Positions 8,260-18,479 of a stretch of 64,000 bases of DNA are shown here, piece after piece. Each line of letters starts with the position of its first letter. Within the stretch, counting starts at the first letter, position 1. The notes under the pieces are model-generated. The model was not told the origin of the DNA. It was given only the letters and a program-made list of their open reading frames with translations, and ran no database searches. The position numbers and the translations under genes were made by a program. This DNA is from Candidatus Aenigmatarchaeota archaeon (GTDB lineage Archaea > Aenigmatarchaeota > Aenigmatarchaeia > GW2011-AR5): positions 1,519-65,518 of the forward strand of contig JBAZQV010000001.1 of assembly GCA_041645025.1 (NCBI GenBank), written 5' to 3'.

Positions 8260-8952
8260 TTACTCTATCTTAACTCCTTCAAATCTCTTTCCCGCCAGCT
8301 TTTCCCTATTCTCCTTAATAATCTGTTCTGGTATGGTTGAAGTTGTTTCTATGGACTTGCCAAGCTCTAGTCCAAGCAGATGTGTTAGAGCAGCAAGCTC
8401 ACGACCGGATCGCATGCCCCACACGGTAACAGCTGAGGATGAAGTAACTACTTTTGTCTCATATTTCTTACACAGTTCTATGTTCTTTTTCATCGCGGAA
8501 AGTATGTAAATGCGGTTTCTTTTGTAGCTTTCTAGCACCTCACGGAAGTTTATCTCAATGGCAACGTTGTTGTCGTGGGCTGCACGCACGCAGATATGAT
8601 CAAGGCCGCTGTCTTTTCTGCCAAGTTCGGGATGACACAACACGTCAATAAGCGGATTTTCACACGCAGCCCTGTTTATGTCGTAATCACCACCATGTAT
8701 CATGAGAACCTCGGCTTTAGCCCGCGCTTTTTCAGCAAGACCACTTAGTTCGTCGGGCTTTGCCACCTTCAGCATTACGGATGAAATAATGTCAATGCCT
8801 TCGACCTGTGGCAACTTCTCCATATTGCCTAGATAGTACCTTACTATGCCTATTCCTGACAATCCAAGGCGCTTGGCCATCTGTGCAACATCCTCCACAC
8901 TATTCTCGCCTATGGAAAGGCTTGTGTGAACGTGCAAATCATAGTATGTCAT
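8260..8952 (-). CDS. rnp3: RNase P protein component 3 (Rpp30, PHP/TIM barrel)
   Basis: MTYYDLHVHT... PHP-type N-terminus; 230 aa; conserved pairing with Pop5. Confidence 0.75.
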   Translation of the reverse strand: MTYYDLHVHTSLSIGENSVEDVAQMAKRLGLSGIGIVRYYLGNMEKLPQVEGIDIISSVMLKVAKPDELSGLAEKARAKAEVLMIHGGDYDINRAACENPLIDVLCHPELGRKDSGLDHICVRAAHDNNVAIEINFREVLESYKRNRIYILSAMKKNIELCKKYETKVVTSSSAVTVWGMRSGRELAALTHLLGLELGKSIETTSTIPEQIIKENREKLAGKRFEGVKIE

Positions 8953-9111
8953 CTAACCACCCGGACTTCGAAATCTTACATTCGTTTCCAACGAATGTGG
9001 GATGCTCAAGGACTCATTTTCATGAGTTCCTTGACATCTTGACCCGCCCGGTAATAATATTGAGATTAGAAAGCTTTTAACGCTAAGAAAAAGTGCTAAA
9101 TTTACTACGAT

Positions 9112-9462
9112 CTACGGCTTATATCGCCTAATCCGCGCGGATGTCTTAGTAACACGCATAAACATGCTATGCCCTGATGAACCAAATTTCGGGTCCCCTC
9201 CAATACTAAGATGAACCCCTCTATTGTAATCTGCCGATTCCAGTCTTCGGATTTCGTGTAAAAAGTCCCTGTAAATTTCTCCTGCACGTTGTACATACCC
9301 AAATCCTAAATCCGGTGCCTGGCCTTTTTTAGAAGGTGGTGTATCCAACCACTTTACATATTGTAAAATACCATCTCTAGCAGCATCTCTAACACTGTCT
9401 CTTGCATTAGGGAGCAGTCTTTCTGTGCGCGACCATACATATTCTCTTATTGTCTGTGTCAT
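9112..9462 (-). CDS. Hypothetical protein
   Basis: 116-aa ORF between the Rpp30 and L15e genes; no motif recognised. Confidence 0.35.
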   Translation of the reverse strand: MTQTIREYVWSRTERLLPNARDSVRDAARDGILQYVKWLDTPPSKKGQAPDLGFGYVQRAGEIYRDFLHEIRRLESADYNRGVHLSIGGDPKFGSSGHSMFMRVTKTSARIRRYKP

Positions 9463-9532
9463 GATTTTGATTATATAAGAAAAGCTTATAAGATTGTGAT
9501 GTTTTCAGCTTCGGCAGTTTACAAAAACAGAA

Positions 9533-10012
9533 TCAGAGTCCGCGGCTCTTTTTGCCTGCGCTGGTCAATCCGCGGAAGGCACGCCTGCGCTGCTTTGTAA
9601 TCCAGTTCATGTTCTTGTCGCTTTTTATCACGGGGTGATGCTTATCAACTAGAATAACCTCGTAGTATTTGTACTTTCCGTCCTCACCGACGTAGTACCC
9701 GTTGAGAACTTCAAGATTCGGGAATTTTCTTGCAACACGGCGCTCGGCTATAGCCTGCTTGTTTTGCTTTGTCGTGAAGAACAGACCCATGCTTCTTGGT
9801 TTGTGGCCCTTGTGCAGGGTTGGCCTGCGTCTGCCGCCCTTTTTGATCCTTGTGCGCACTATTACAAAGCCCTGTTTTGCCTTATAGCCCAGGGCGCGTG
9901 CGCGAGCTAGTCTCGTAGGTTTGTCTACTCTCTTCATCACAGGTTGTCTTCTCCACAATTTTGCGCGGGGAGAAATAGCCTCTAATTCGCTAGCGGTTTC
10001 CATTACAATCAC
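9533..10012 (-). CDS. rpl15e: 50S ribosomal protein L15e
   Basis: [34 protein letters not shown]...[27 protein letters not shown] is an L15e signature. Confidence 0.9.
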   Translation of the reverse strand: MIVMETASELEAISPRAKLWRRQPVMKRVDKPTRLARARALGYKAKQGFVIVRTRIKKGGRRRPTLHKGHKPRSMGLFFTTKQNKQAIAERRVARKFPNLEVLNGYYVGEDGKYKYYEVILVDKHHPVIKSDKNMNWITKQRRRAFRGLTSAGKKSRGL

Positions 10013-10064
10013 AAGTAGATAGGGAAATCAAATATTTAAAGGTAAGTATAAAAATACTCTAGAA

Positions 10065-10304
10065 GTGGTAAAAATGCACGCGGCAGTAAAGCTCATCCTA
10101 GGATTGATTGTTTTTGTTGTTGGTATCTATTGGTACCTGCCAGGCACTGCTGTTAGCGCTTTCTTCGGCAGGAGCGCATTCCAGGCATTTCTTGTTGTCT
10201 TTGAAGGTCTGTTTGGACTATTCCTTATATTCGTTGGCCTGATAATCGCCTGGATAGAGTTCGAAGATTTGAAATGGGAAAAGAAGGAAAAGAAAAGCAA
10301 ATAA
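10065..10304 (+). CDS. Small membrane protein (2 TM)
   Basis: Two hydrophobic helices; 79 aa. Confidence 0.4.
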   Translation: MVKMHAAVKLILGLIVFVVGIYWYLPGTAVSAFFGRSAFQAFLVVFEGLFGLFLIFVGLIIAWIEFEDLKWEKKEKKSK

Positions 10305-10424
10305 TCCATGTTGTTATTTCTCAAGGCTTTTCTTTAATTGAATGACGCACTTCGTGCGTCTGTCGAATAAGAAAACCCTGGAAAAGAATTCGGCTTTAAC
10401 TATTTTTACTGACAAAAGACTGTC

Positions 10425-11531
10425 ATGCGCGCAACAGATCTACCGGATGAAATGCGGCGCCTTATGGCACCCAGACTTGCTAAGGAGTTCTACGGACCGT
10501 CGCCGGGGATTTTCATTGGTGCTGAAGGTTATCCGAATGTAAATGCAGGGCCATTGGGCATAATGGAAAATAATCCGCTGTATGATAAGCCTGCTTCCTG
10601 GCTTAGTCTTAGTTACAGGCAGATAATAGGCATGCGCGCAGCTACCCTACGCGCCAATAAGCAGCAGAATATTTTTTCAAGGGAACGTTTCATAGGAGAT
10701 TTGCGCGAAATCTCGCTTGCTTCGCTGCCTACCGAGGTGGAGATGATTTTTTCCAAGAAGCCACTTTTTAGCATGAATTTTGACAGGATAACACAACCTA
10801 TCGGGCCTTCGGCAAAACTTGAAAAGCTCAGGATAACAGAAAACCCGAAGATTGATGTTAAGGTGGAGAAGGTCGCTGCAGACGAACTGAAGGCCAATGA
10901 AGCAGCAAGAATCCTTTACGGTTCTGGTATTGACGTGTACAAGATAACAACAATTTTGTCCTCGGGCGCACTGGGCATAGAGAAGAAATTGGTGCCTACA
11001 CGATGGTCCATAACTGCCACGGATGACATAATTGCCAAGTCGCTTCTCCGTGATGTCAAGACCTATAGCAGTATAAATGAAATCATGGTTTTTGAGTCGT
11101 TCAACCTTGATAACCGCTTCGTTGTATTGATGATGCCTGGCGGCTGGGAATTCGAGAATTTCGAGTCATGGCCGCGTGGCAGCCAGTGGTACGGCCTGGA
11201 AGAAGAATACGAACCTTTCGCCGGTCGCACCAGCTACGCAGAGAAACAGGCAGGAGGCTATTACGCTTCCCGACTCGGCGTTGTTGAATATCTCCATAAA
11301 ATAAAACGCCAGGCGCGCGTTGTGGTTTTCCGCGAAATATACGAAGGCTATACCGTGCCGCTTGGGGTTTGGGTTGTAAGGGAGAACGTAAGGAACGCTT
11401 TTTCCAGCACAAAAAAATTTAGTTCGCTGACCGATGCCATGGCTTACATAGCGGGAAGGTTGCAACATCCTGTTAGTATGTATTTGCAGAAGAGCAAGAT
11501 TCTCAGGCAGAAAAGGCTCAGCGATTTTTGA
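10425..11531 (+). CDS. Conserved hypothetical protein
   Basis: 368-aa ORF with good coding character; no motif recognised. Confidence 0.45.
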   Translation: MRATDLPDEMRRLMAPRLAKEFYGPSPGIFIGAEGYPNVNAGPLGIMENNPLYDKPASWLSLSYRQIIGMRAATLRANKQQNIFSRERFIGDLREISLASLPTEVEMIFSKKPLFSMNFDRITQPIGPSAKLEKLRITENPKIDVKVEKVAADELKANEAARILYGSGIDVYKITTILSSGALGIEKKLVPTRWSITATDDIIAKSLLRDVKTYSSINEIMVFESFNLDNRFVVLMMPGGWEFENFESWPRGSQWYGLEEEYEPFAGRTSYAEKQAGGYYASRLGVVEYLHKIKRQARVVVFREIYEGYTVPLGVWVVRENVRNAFSSTKKFSSLTDAMAYIAGRLQHPVSMYLQKSKILRQKRLSDF

Positions 11532-11588
11532 TTTAAAAGGTTATTTACATAATTTTAGTATAAATAACACAAAACGGAGGCTAAAACA

Positions 11589-11816
11589 ATGGTAACTTTC
11601 GAAACAATAAAAAGCGAAGAAATAAAATTCGGCAACAGCAAATTTATAGAAATAGCGCGAAAAAAGGCAGTATCTGAAGAGGGCGAAAATACCTTCATCT
11701 CCATAAGTAGCGGGTTCTTTACTCCTGATGGTGAGAAAAGGTATAGGAAATCATTTACAGTTCCTATCGACGAGAGTGTAATAAATTTCATAACAGAGAA
11801 ACTCAAGGAAATTTAA
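11589..11816 (+). CDS. Hypothetical small protein
   Basis: 75-aa ORF. Confidence 0.3.
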   Translation: MVTFETIKSEEIKFGNSKFIEIARKKAVSEEGENTFISISSGFFTPDGEKRYRKSFTVPIDESVINFITEKLKEI

Positions 11817-11877
11817 TCTACTCCAAACTATTTTTTATTTTTGGATGGTTATCTAAGAATGATTTCAGAGAAATCAT

Positions 11878-11937
11878 TCTGGATCCCATCTTCTCATCTA
11901 CAGAAAAATTCAGTGACATATAAAGAAGATGTGATTA
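11878..11937 (+). repeat. Repeat B copy 1 (TCTGGATCCCATCTTCTCAT ... AAAGAAGATGTGAT, hairpin-forming with a variable loop)
   Basis: Same conserved ends as 25659-25723; ends are mutually complementary (CCCATCTTCT/AGAAGATGTG); abuts the ATG of the ORF at 11939. Confidence 0.5.
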
Positions 11938-11938
11938 A

Positions 11939-12397
11939 ATGGAACTTAAAGAGGCTATAGATAGGGCTGAAAGCGATGAAGGCGTCAAGAAGCTTACGAA
12001 GTATTTCATGTGTTCCTGCTTTGTCTGCATAAAGGACATCAAAGATAAAATAGATGAATGGACACTTCTTTTTTACAATCCTGAAAAGGAACTTGTTATT
12101 GACTGCTTTGTGAATGACAAATTTGTTACACTGGGCGAGGAGACGCCACCACTGAAAGAGGTAAAAAAACCCGACTTCACTGAAGCGCATGTGACAATTA
12201 AAGAGGCACTCGAAACGGTCGAGAAAAAATTTGACAAAAAAACCATAAACGTGCTCATAACTCTTCATCAGAAGGACACTTTGGTCTGGACCATAAACAT
12301 GATAACGCCGGATATGAATGCAACTACTTTTGACATAGATGCAAAGACCGGGAATATAGTGCACGAAGAAACCACAAGTTTGATAAGAAGACTATGA
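11939..12397 (+). CDS. Hypothetical protein with a possible PepSY-like C-terminus
   Basis: C-terminal FDIDAKTGNIV resembles the PepSY motif. Confidence 0.3.
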   Translation: MELKEAIDRAESDEGVKKLTKYFMCSCFVCIKDIKDKIDEWTLLFYNPEKELVIDCFVNDKFVTLGEETPPLKEVKKPDFTEAHVTIKEALETVEKKFDKKTINVLITLHQKDTLVWTINMITPDMNATTFDIDAKTGNIVHEETTSLIRRL

Positions 12398-12459
12398 GTA
12401 AATCGCGAAGTGGGTTGGCATTTCAATTTTCCTAAAACGATTTTCTCTTAGTGACAGAA

Positions 12460-14322
12460 TCAGACTACTAGGAAGTATAATTTTCTCCTCTTGACCCTTC
12501 TCTCTTCCACGCGTCCTTCAGCGATGAGACGCACAAGCCTGTCCTTTGTTCTCTTGCGACCCCGGCCAATGGCTCTAACCAGTGACTGGATTGATATGCC
12601 TTCTTTTGGTATCGTTGTTATGACGAGTATGTCTATCACTTCATTTTCAAGGTCCACTATCGACCTTAGAAGTGCTGTTCTTCTCTGACGTGCCCACACC
12701 GGTAGCCTGCGCTTCTTCAGGAGCAACTTCGCGTTCAAAAGACGCAGCATGAAATCAACGCTGTTCAGTGTATAGAAATAAGTATTGACATCCTTGAGTG
12801 TTGTGTTGAGCCTATTCTGGCTTCTTGAAAGCCGATTGAGAGCAGTATGATACTTTTTCAGGTTGCTGTACTTTTCATCCAGAGAAGTTATGGTTGTGTT
12901 AACGTTCTCTATGAGACCTGTTTTTTCAGAAAGCTTGCCTATCTTGCTGTTAATTTTTTCAAGGACATCTGAATTGTCTACAGGTGCCATATTGGCGATC
13001 TTTTCATTTATCTCGCTAAGGACATCGGCGGTGGCAGAGCTGATACCGCTCATGTTCTCTAGTTGATTAAGAACACCCTTGCTATTAATGTGAACATCAT
13101 CCAATTTTTCGTCTATGTGATTCATGAATTCGGCACTTCTTACTGAAAGACCGCCAACCTTTTCCTCAATACTGTCTAGTTTTTCCGGGTTTATTTCTTT
13201 TGTCTGGAGTTTTTCTATAATTTCAGCATTCATTACTGAAATTTCTCCGATTTTCTCCTCCATGACTCCCAATTTTTTTGAGTTTGTTTCATGAAGATGG
13301 TCAAGCTTCCCGCTTATTTTTTCAATAGTATCGTTCAGTTCAGACGTGCCGCCTATTTTTTCTTCTATTGTCTCAATGAGTAATGTATTATCTGAAAGCC
13401 GATCTATTTTATTTTCGATGCCTCCGAGCTTTTCCGAGTTCGCAAAGGACAACTGGTCAAGCCTGGAATTAATATTGTCAAGTGCAACACTGGAAGAGGC
13501 AGCTGATATCTTTTCTTCTACCCTCCCCAGCGTTTCGGCGTTGCTGGCATATAACTCGCTGAGTTTTTCATCGACCTTGAGCATAATTTCTGATACGATA
13601 TCATATTTGCTTTTTATTGATGCTATGGACTCGCGTATGTTGATAATATCTTCAGAGCCGCCGGAAACCTTGTCCAGTTTTTCGTCAAGTTTGCCCATTA
13701 CGTCATTGCTGTCCATGGAGATTTCACTGAGCCTTTCATCAAGTTTTAAAATAATATCAGAAAGTTTGTTACTTCTTATTCCCAAGGAGTCTATCGATGC
13801 ATGTATTTTATCAAGCGACTCGTTATTGTTTGCAGCCAGATTTTCTATTCTCTCGTTAATTTCGGCGCCGCTTACGGACAGTTCACCCATTTTTTCATGG
13901 AGCCTGAGAGAAACTTCAGAAACAGCATCGTATTTGTTCTCAAGGGCGCTTATGGAGGTCTGTATGTCTGCCAGTATTTCTCCCGCACCTCTGGAAAGAG
14001 TATCGAGCTTTTCCTTTAGTTCAGTATTATCCCCTTCAGGAGCTTGGGATGAGAGCATTTCTATTCTTTCTATTGCATCAAGAATTATTGCGTATCTTTT
14101 GTTGACAGCGCTGATGGATGAGAGCATATCGGACAGGATATTCTTTATTTCGCTAAGAACCTCTGTATTTGCCGGCATTGACATCTTTTCTATCTTGTCC
14201 ACCAGAGCTTCAAGTCTGATTCTATAGCTGTCGCTCATTACTCTGGTTTCTATAAGTTTCACGGCTACCCTTTCATCACTGGGTAATTCCTCATCTACAC
14301 GTAGTAAAAACTCATCACTCAT
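12460..14322 (-). CDS. Large repetitive coiled-coil protein (620 aa) with a C-terminal winged-helix-like basic domain
   Basis: Many ~33-aa heptad-like repeats (xxEKLxxIENKIxxLS); C-terminus LVRAIGRGRKRTKDRLVRLIAEGRVEERRVKRRKLY. Confidence 0.55.
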   Translation of the reverse strand: MSDEFLLRVDEELPSDERVAVKLIETRVMSDSYRIRLEALVDKIEKMSMPANTEVLSEIKNILSDMLSSISAVNKRYAIILDAIERIEMLSSQAPEGDNTELKEKLDTLSRGAGEILADIQTSISALENKYDAVSEVSLRLHEKMGELSVSGAEINERIENLAANNNESLDKIHASIDSLGIRSNKLSDIILKLDERLSEISMDSNDVMGKLDEKLDKVSGGSEDIINIRESIASIKSKYDIVSEIMLKVDEKLSELYASNAETLGRVEEKISAASSSVALDNINSRLDQLSFANSEKLGGIENKIDRLSDNTLLIETIEEKIGGTSELNDTIEKISGKLDHLHETNSKKLGVMEEKIGEISVMNAEIIEKLQTKEINPEKLDSIEEKVGGLSVRSAEFMNHIDEKLDDVHINSKGVLNQLENMSGISSATADVLSEINEKIANMAPVDNSDVLEKINSKIGKLSEKTGLIENVNTTITSLDEKYSNLKKYHTALNRLSRSQNRLNTTLKDVNTYFYTLNSVDFMLRLLNAKLLLKKRRLPVWARQRRTALLRSIVDLENEVIDILVITTIPKEGISIQSLVRAIGRGRKRTKDRLVRLIAEGRVEERRVKRRKLYFLVV

Positions 14323-14416
14323 AACTTTTACTTAAAAGTGCAAAGGTTATAAATTTATAGTGTGACAAGTTTCGTGATTCAATAGTAATTTTTGTGCATT
14401 ACACAGTGGTGTTAAT

Positions 14417-14908
14417 ATGATGTCGACAAACATATACAGTTCCTGGCAGTCACTCCAGAAGCAAAAATTTGTGGAAATCAAGAGGCATCTGGGCAGCACG
14501 GTGGATGAGATTTTTCGAGGAAAGCTGGTTCTTGACATAGGATGCGGCTTTGGATATTTTGAGAAGAGCTTTAACGGAAAATTTGTGGGCCTGGACAACG
14601 ACCTGATGATGCTAAGAGGCAACGTTGCTATTTTTCCCAGGATTCTGGGGAACGGCGAGAAACTGCCGTTTGGAGACGAGACGTTTGACACGATTATATC
14701 CGTAGATACGATGCATCTCATAAAGAACGAGGATTTCATCCGCGTTCTTAAAACAGGCGGACTTGTTATGATTTCCGTATTCTTTAACGACGAAAATTAT
14801 TCTGATAAAAGGAGTGCACTTTTGAAGAAAGTGGAGAAGATGAAAGTCATAAAAGAATTTGACATTCTTGGCAAGGAAAAGGAATTCGTTGTGATAGCTG
14901 TTAAGTAA
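14417..14908 (+). CDS. Class I SAM-dependent methyltransferase
   Basis: Motif I LDIGCGFGYF. Confidence 0.55.
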   Translation: MMSTNIYSSWQSLQKQKFVEIKRHLGSTVDEIFRGKLVLDIGCGFGYFEKSFNGKFVGLDNDLMMLRGNVAIFPRILGNGEKLPFGDETFDTIISVDTMHLIKNEDFIRVLKTGGLVMISVFFNDENYSDKRSALLKKVEKMKVIKEFDILGKEKEFVVIAVK

Positions 14909-15005
14909 GGTGTTTTTCCTTACACCAAGACAGAACCCCATCTACGGCACTAGGGCTACTTTTAAGTAGTGAAAGATTTAAATACATTCCCGCAGTACAA
15001 TAAAT

Positions 15006-16133
15006 ATGTCATTCAGAATACCACAACCTCAAAGGATTGTAGATCTGCTTACTTTTGCTGTGGCAGATAAGCACGAAAGATACGATTTTTTGAATGCTAG
15101 AATAGGTAGCGGAAGGACGCCCTCCTCAATCGAAGAAGAACTATGGTCTATGCTGCCGCCGACCGATAGCAATGATCAAGAAGAAGTAACGCAGAAAGCA
15201 GGAGAAATAGCTAAAAGACATGGGATTGCTTTGGACGACAGGAGGATTTTCGATGTTGCCGAAAGGGAAGATCCGGAGTTTGGAAAGCGATTAAAAACAG
15301 TAAGCGTAATTAATGTCCAAAATATGCTTCAAGCTAATTTTTATCGCTCGGCTTGGAAACTCTTTGAATTGGGCAACCCACATAAATTTTCGGCAAGGTA
15401 TGATGCAGTAACACAAGTGCCTATAACATTTGATGGAAAAAGAATTGCTGTAGTTGAAACATATTCTTATGGTCACTCAACAACCTACAGAGCTGTCCTT
15501 TATCATTTAATGAGGCATATAGGAAACTTGGCAGGTGACGAGACTGAAAGTGATGTAAAATATTTGGCAAGGAAGGCTTTTGACGGCAAAAGAGTTCTTG
15601 AACTGGGGTGTGGTCCGGGATTCTTTCTTTATCTTCTGAGAGAATTAGGCGCTGATATTGTAGGAGTTGAAAAAAGAGATACTTATCGCGATCAAACAGA
15701 TGCGGCTAAGCTAAGCATACTCTATGGAGATGCGGAAAAAGTTACTGATATGATCAGGGACAAGAAATTCGATGTTGTTTTTAGCAGAAATTTCCTTAGT
15801 TTGCATGTGACTGTTGACAAAGGGCCAGATGTAATGGAAGCAGCTTACGGCGTTACGAATGATGGGGGACTTTCTTTCCATCTTATTGATTACAGGAAAA
15901 CACCTGAAGAAGAATATATGGAAATGCTGAGGTCCACATGTGAAAGTACTAAACTTGATTACGATACTTTGGTTCAAACATTCTCAATGCTGCCAGCAGA
16001 GAAAAAGGATGCACTGCTGAGAAGGAATGTGCTGAATACTTCGATAGAAAGTCTTACGCGAATTGGTTACAGGCCTCTGACAAGCTATCTTTTCGACGCA
16101 GAAGAGAATATATCAATTGCAGCAAGAAAATAA
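15006..16133 (+). CDS. Methyltransferase-domain protein (class I SAM MTase in the C-terminal half)
   Basis: VLELGCGPGFFLYLL motif I; N-terminal 190 aa unassigned. Confidence 0.5.
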   Translation: MSFRIPQPQRIVDLLTFAVADKHERYDFLNARIGSGRTPSSIEEELWSMLPPTDSNDQEEVTQKAGEIAKRHGIALDDRRIFDVAEREDPEFGKRLKTVSVINVQNMLQANFYRSAWKLFELGNPHKFSARYDAVTQVPITFDGKRIAVVETYSYGHSTTYRAVLYHLMRHIGNLAGDETESDVKYLARKAFDGKRVLELGCGPGFFLYLLRELGADIVGVEKRDTYRDQTDAAKLSILYGDAEKVTDMIRDKKFDVVFSRNFLSLHVTVDKGPDVMEAAYGVTNDGGLSFHLIDYRKTPEEEYMEMLRSTCESTKLDYDTLVQTFSMLPAEKKDALLRRNVLNTSIESLTRIGYRPLTSYLFDAEENISIAARK

Positions 16134-16210
16134 ATGCTTCAGGCATCTAACTGTTTACTTAACCCAATTTTCGGTATTATTACTAAAAATAGAAACGAGT
16201 CTTGCCTTAC

Positions 16211-17878
16211 CTACATTTCTTTCAGAACATCGATGCCTAGCAGGCGCAAGCCGTTTTCCAAAACTTGCATAACTGATTTTACCAGAGCGAGCTTTTGAGA
16301 TTCGTCTTCAGCGCCGATCACATGAACAGAGTGATAAAACTCGTTGAACAGCGTGGCGACTTCGAAAAGATAATTAGCCAGCAAGTTCGGCTTGTATTCA
16401 TCCGCACTTTTTTCTATTATACCGGAAAACTGGGATAGTTTTTTTATCAAATCCATCTCTTTTACGTCAGTTAACTTTCCAATTCTTTGCACCTTTTTCG
16501 ATTTTTTTAGTATTGAGTTTGCTCTTGCATAAGTGTACTGCAGATAGGGTCCGGTGTCACCTTCGAAATCTATCGAAGCTTTCGGATCGTACGTCATAGA
16601 CTTCGAAGGATCAAATTTAAGAATAAAATATTTCAACGCAGCCAAACCTATTTTCTCGGCACGTTTTTTTATTTCTTCATCTGGTATAGAGCCGTGCTGT
16701 TTTATTTTTTCTTCGGATATTTTATGCATTTCATCCATGATGTCATCTGCATCGACAACCGTGCCTTCGCGACTTTTCATCTTGCCTTCTGGCAGATTTA
16801 CCATACCGTAGGCAAGGTGATAGCATTTCTTTGCAAAAGGGTAACCCAAAATTTCCAGCAGTTTGAACAGCGCACGGAAGTGATATTTTTGTTCATCACC
16901 TACAACATAAATCATTTTATTCATTTTATATTCTTTGTATCTTTTTACGGCAAGAGCCAAATCCTGCGTGATGTAGATAGATGTTCCATCAGCACGCAGA
17001 ACAACATATTTGCCTAGGTTACAATCACCCAGATCTATCACTATGTTCCCATCTTCGTCCTTTTTGAAAATATTTGCCTTCAAGCCCTTCATAACTATTT
17101 TTTTCCCGTCAAGGTAGTGATCACTTTCGTAGTATGCCTTATCTATACGTACGCCGAGGCGTTTGTATGTTTCCTTGAATCCTGTTGTTGCCCAATTGTT
17201 CATGGTCTTCCATAATTTTCTAACGTTTTTGTTGCCGGCTTCCCAATCTATCAGCATGTTTCTAAGCTTTTCTTCTGTTTCTGTATCGCCTTCAAGTTTT
17301 TTTGCAAATAATACATAAAAATCTCCAACAAAATGATCTGGTTTTTCACGAGGTTTTTTGCCTTCGCCAAATTTCTTATAGGCAAGCATTGATTTGCATA
17401 TGTGAATTCCCCTGTCATTTATTATGTCCACTTTTATTACCTTGTAGCCTAGAAATTCGAATATGTTTGCCATTGACGTGCCGAGAACCATATTACGCAC
17501 ATGACCGAGATGAAGAGGCTTGTTTGTGTTGGGACCTGGCGATTCAATCATTATCCTCTCGGTTTTCTTTTTTCCTGAGCCATATTTATTCTTCTGTTTT
17601 ATTATTGTATTCAAAACTAGGCGAGAAAATTTTTCATGATTTATGTAAAAATTGACATACGGTCCGATAGCCTTCACTTCTTTTACAAGCGGCGGAAGTT
17701 TTTTTGATAACGCTGCTTCCATCTCTTTTGCAATTTCATAGGGATTTCTTTTCTGTTCCTTTGCGAGCGAGAAACAGGGCAAAGCCAGATCCCCCTGGTT
17801 ATCTTTTGGTATTTCAAGGAGTTTTTTCTGGCTTCCGTCTAATAGTGACTCCACTTCTGTCTGGAACTTTTCAAACAT
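16211..17878 (-). CDS. argS: Arginine--tRNA ligase
   Basis: 555 aa; HIGH-type motif PNTNKPLHLGHVRN; class I aaRS layout. Confidence 0.9.
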   Translation of the reverse strand: MFEKFQTEVESLLDGSQKKLLEIPKDNQGDLALPCFSLAKEQKRNPYEIAKEMEAALSKKLPPLVKEVKAIGPYVNFYINHEKFSRLVLNTIIKQKNKYGSGKKKTERIMIESPGPNTNKPLHLGHVRNMVLGTSMANIFEFLGYKVIKVDIINDRGIHICKSMLAYKKFGEGKKPREKPDHFVGDFYVLFAKKLEGDTETEEKLRNMLIDWEAGNKNVRKLWKTMNNWATTGFKETYKRLGVRIDKAYYESDHYLDGKKIVMKGLKANIFKKDEDGNIVIDLGDCNLGKYVVLRADGTSIYITQDLALAVKRYKEYKMNKMIYVVGDEQKYHFRALFKLLEILGYPFAKKCYHLAYGMVNLPEGKMKSREGTVVDADDIMDEMHKISEEKIKQHGSIPDEEIKKRAEKIGLAALKYFILKFDPSKSMTYDPKASIDFEGDTGPYLQYTYARANSILKKSKKVQRIGKLTDVKEMDLIKKLSQFSGIIEKSADEYKPNLLANYLFEVATLFNEFYHSVHVIGAEDESQKLALVKSVMQVLENGLRLLGIDVLKEM

Positions 17879-17908
17879 AGAAATAGTTAAGCGCTGATGC
17901 TTAAAAGG

Positions 17909-18376
17909 TTAGTATCGCTTTTTGACTATTGATTTTCTTTCAGCAGCGACTATTGGCTTGACTACCTCGACATTCTTCGGGAACTCCTTTCCGCGCAGAA
18001 GAAGGTTCTTTTCTGCTTTCTTGGCTGAAAAAGCCCTCATGAGATACTTTTCGGCCTTTTCTACATCAAATTCCTTGCAGGAAAATATGTCTATGGAAGC
18101 GAAGCGCTGGGCAGCAAATGTGTGAATAGTTATGTGGCTTTCTGCTATGAGCACAAAGGCTGATACGCCGCCTCGATCAAAGCTATCTTTTTTACCCAGC
18201 GGGTTTGATGTAAACTTATTGACGACGGGCTGGAAAATTTTGTGCATGCCTATTTTTTCAGGCAGTTTGTCCAATAAGTTGTATATAAATTTATCATCGA
18301 GAAGACGTTGTTTGTCACATCCGTACATGTCAAGTGTTAGATGTGGGCCAAAACCGACAGTTACTTTTTGTTCCAT
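17909..18376 (-). CDS. speH: S-adenosylmethionine decarboxylase proenzyme (archaeal SpeH type)
   Basis: FVLIAESHITIHTF and FASIDIFSC motifs. Confidence 0.7.
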   Translation of the reverse strand: MEQKVTVGFGPHLTLDMYGCDKQRLLDDKFIYNLLDKLPEKIGMHKIFQPVVNKFTSNPLGKKDSFDRGGVSAFVLIAESHITIHTFAAQRFASIDIFSCKEFDVEKAEKYLMRAFSAKKAEKNLLLRGKEFPKNVEVVKPIVAAERKSIVKKRY

Positions 18377-18479
18377 CTTATTATCTACATTTCCCCTTCT
18401 TTTTAGTAAGATTATTTTTTGTACGCGTCACATATTTAAAAATATAGCTTCTCTATCAAAGGGGTTTTTGAAGTTTGTT

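Noticed and set aside
13346-14227. 293-aa plus-strand ORF inside the coiled-coil gene (Ser/Leu/Ile-rich)
   Set aside because: It is the antisense reading of a repetitive Glu/Lys-rich gene, which always yields long Ser/Leu-rich open frames. Not a real gene.
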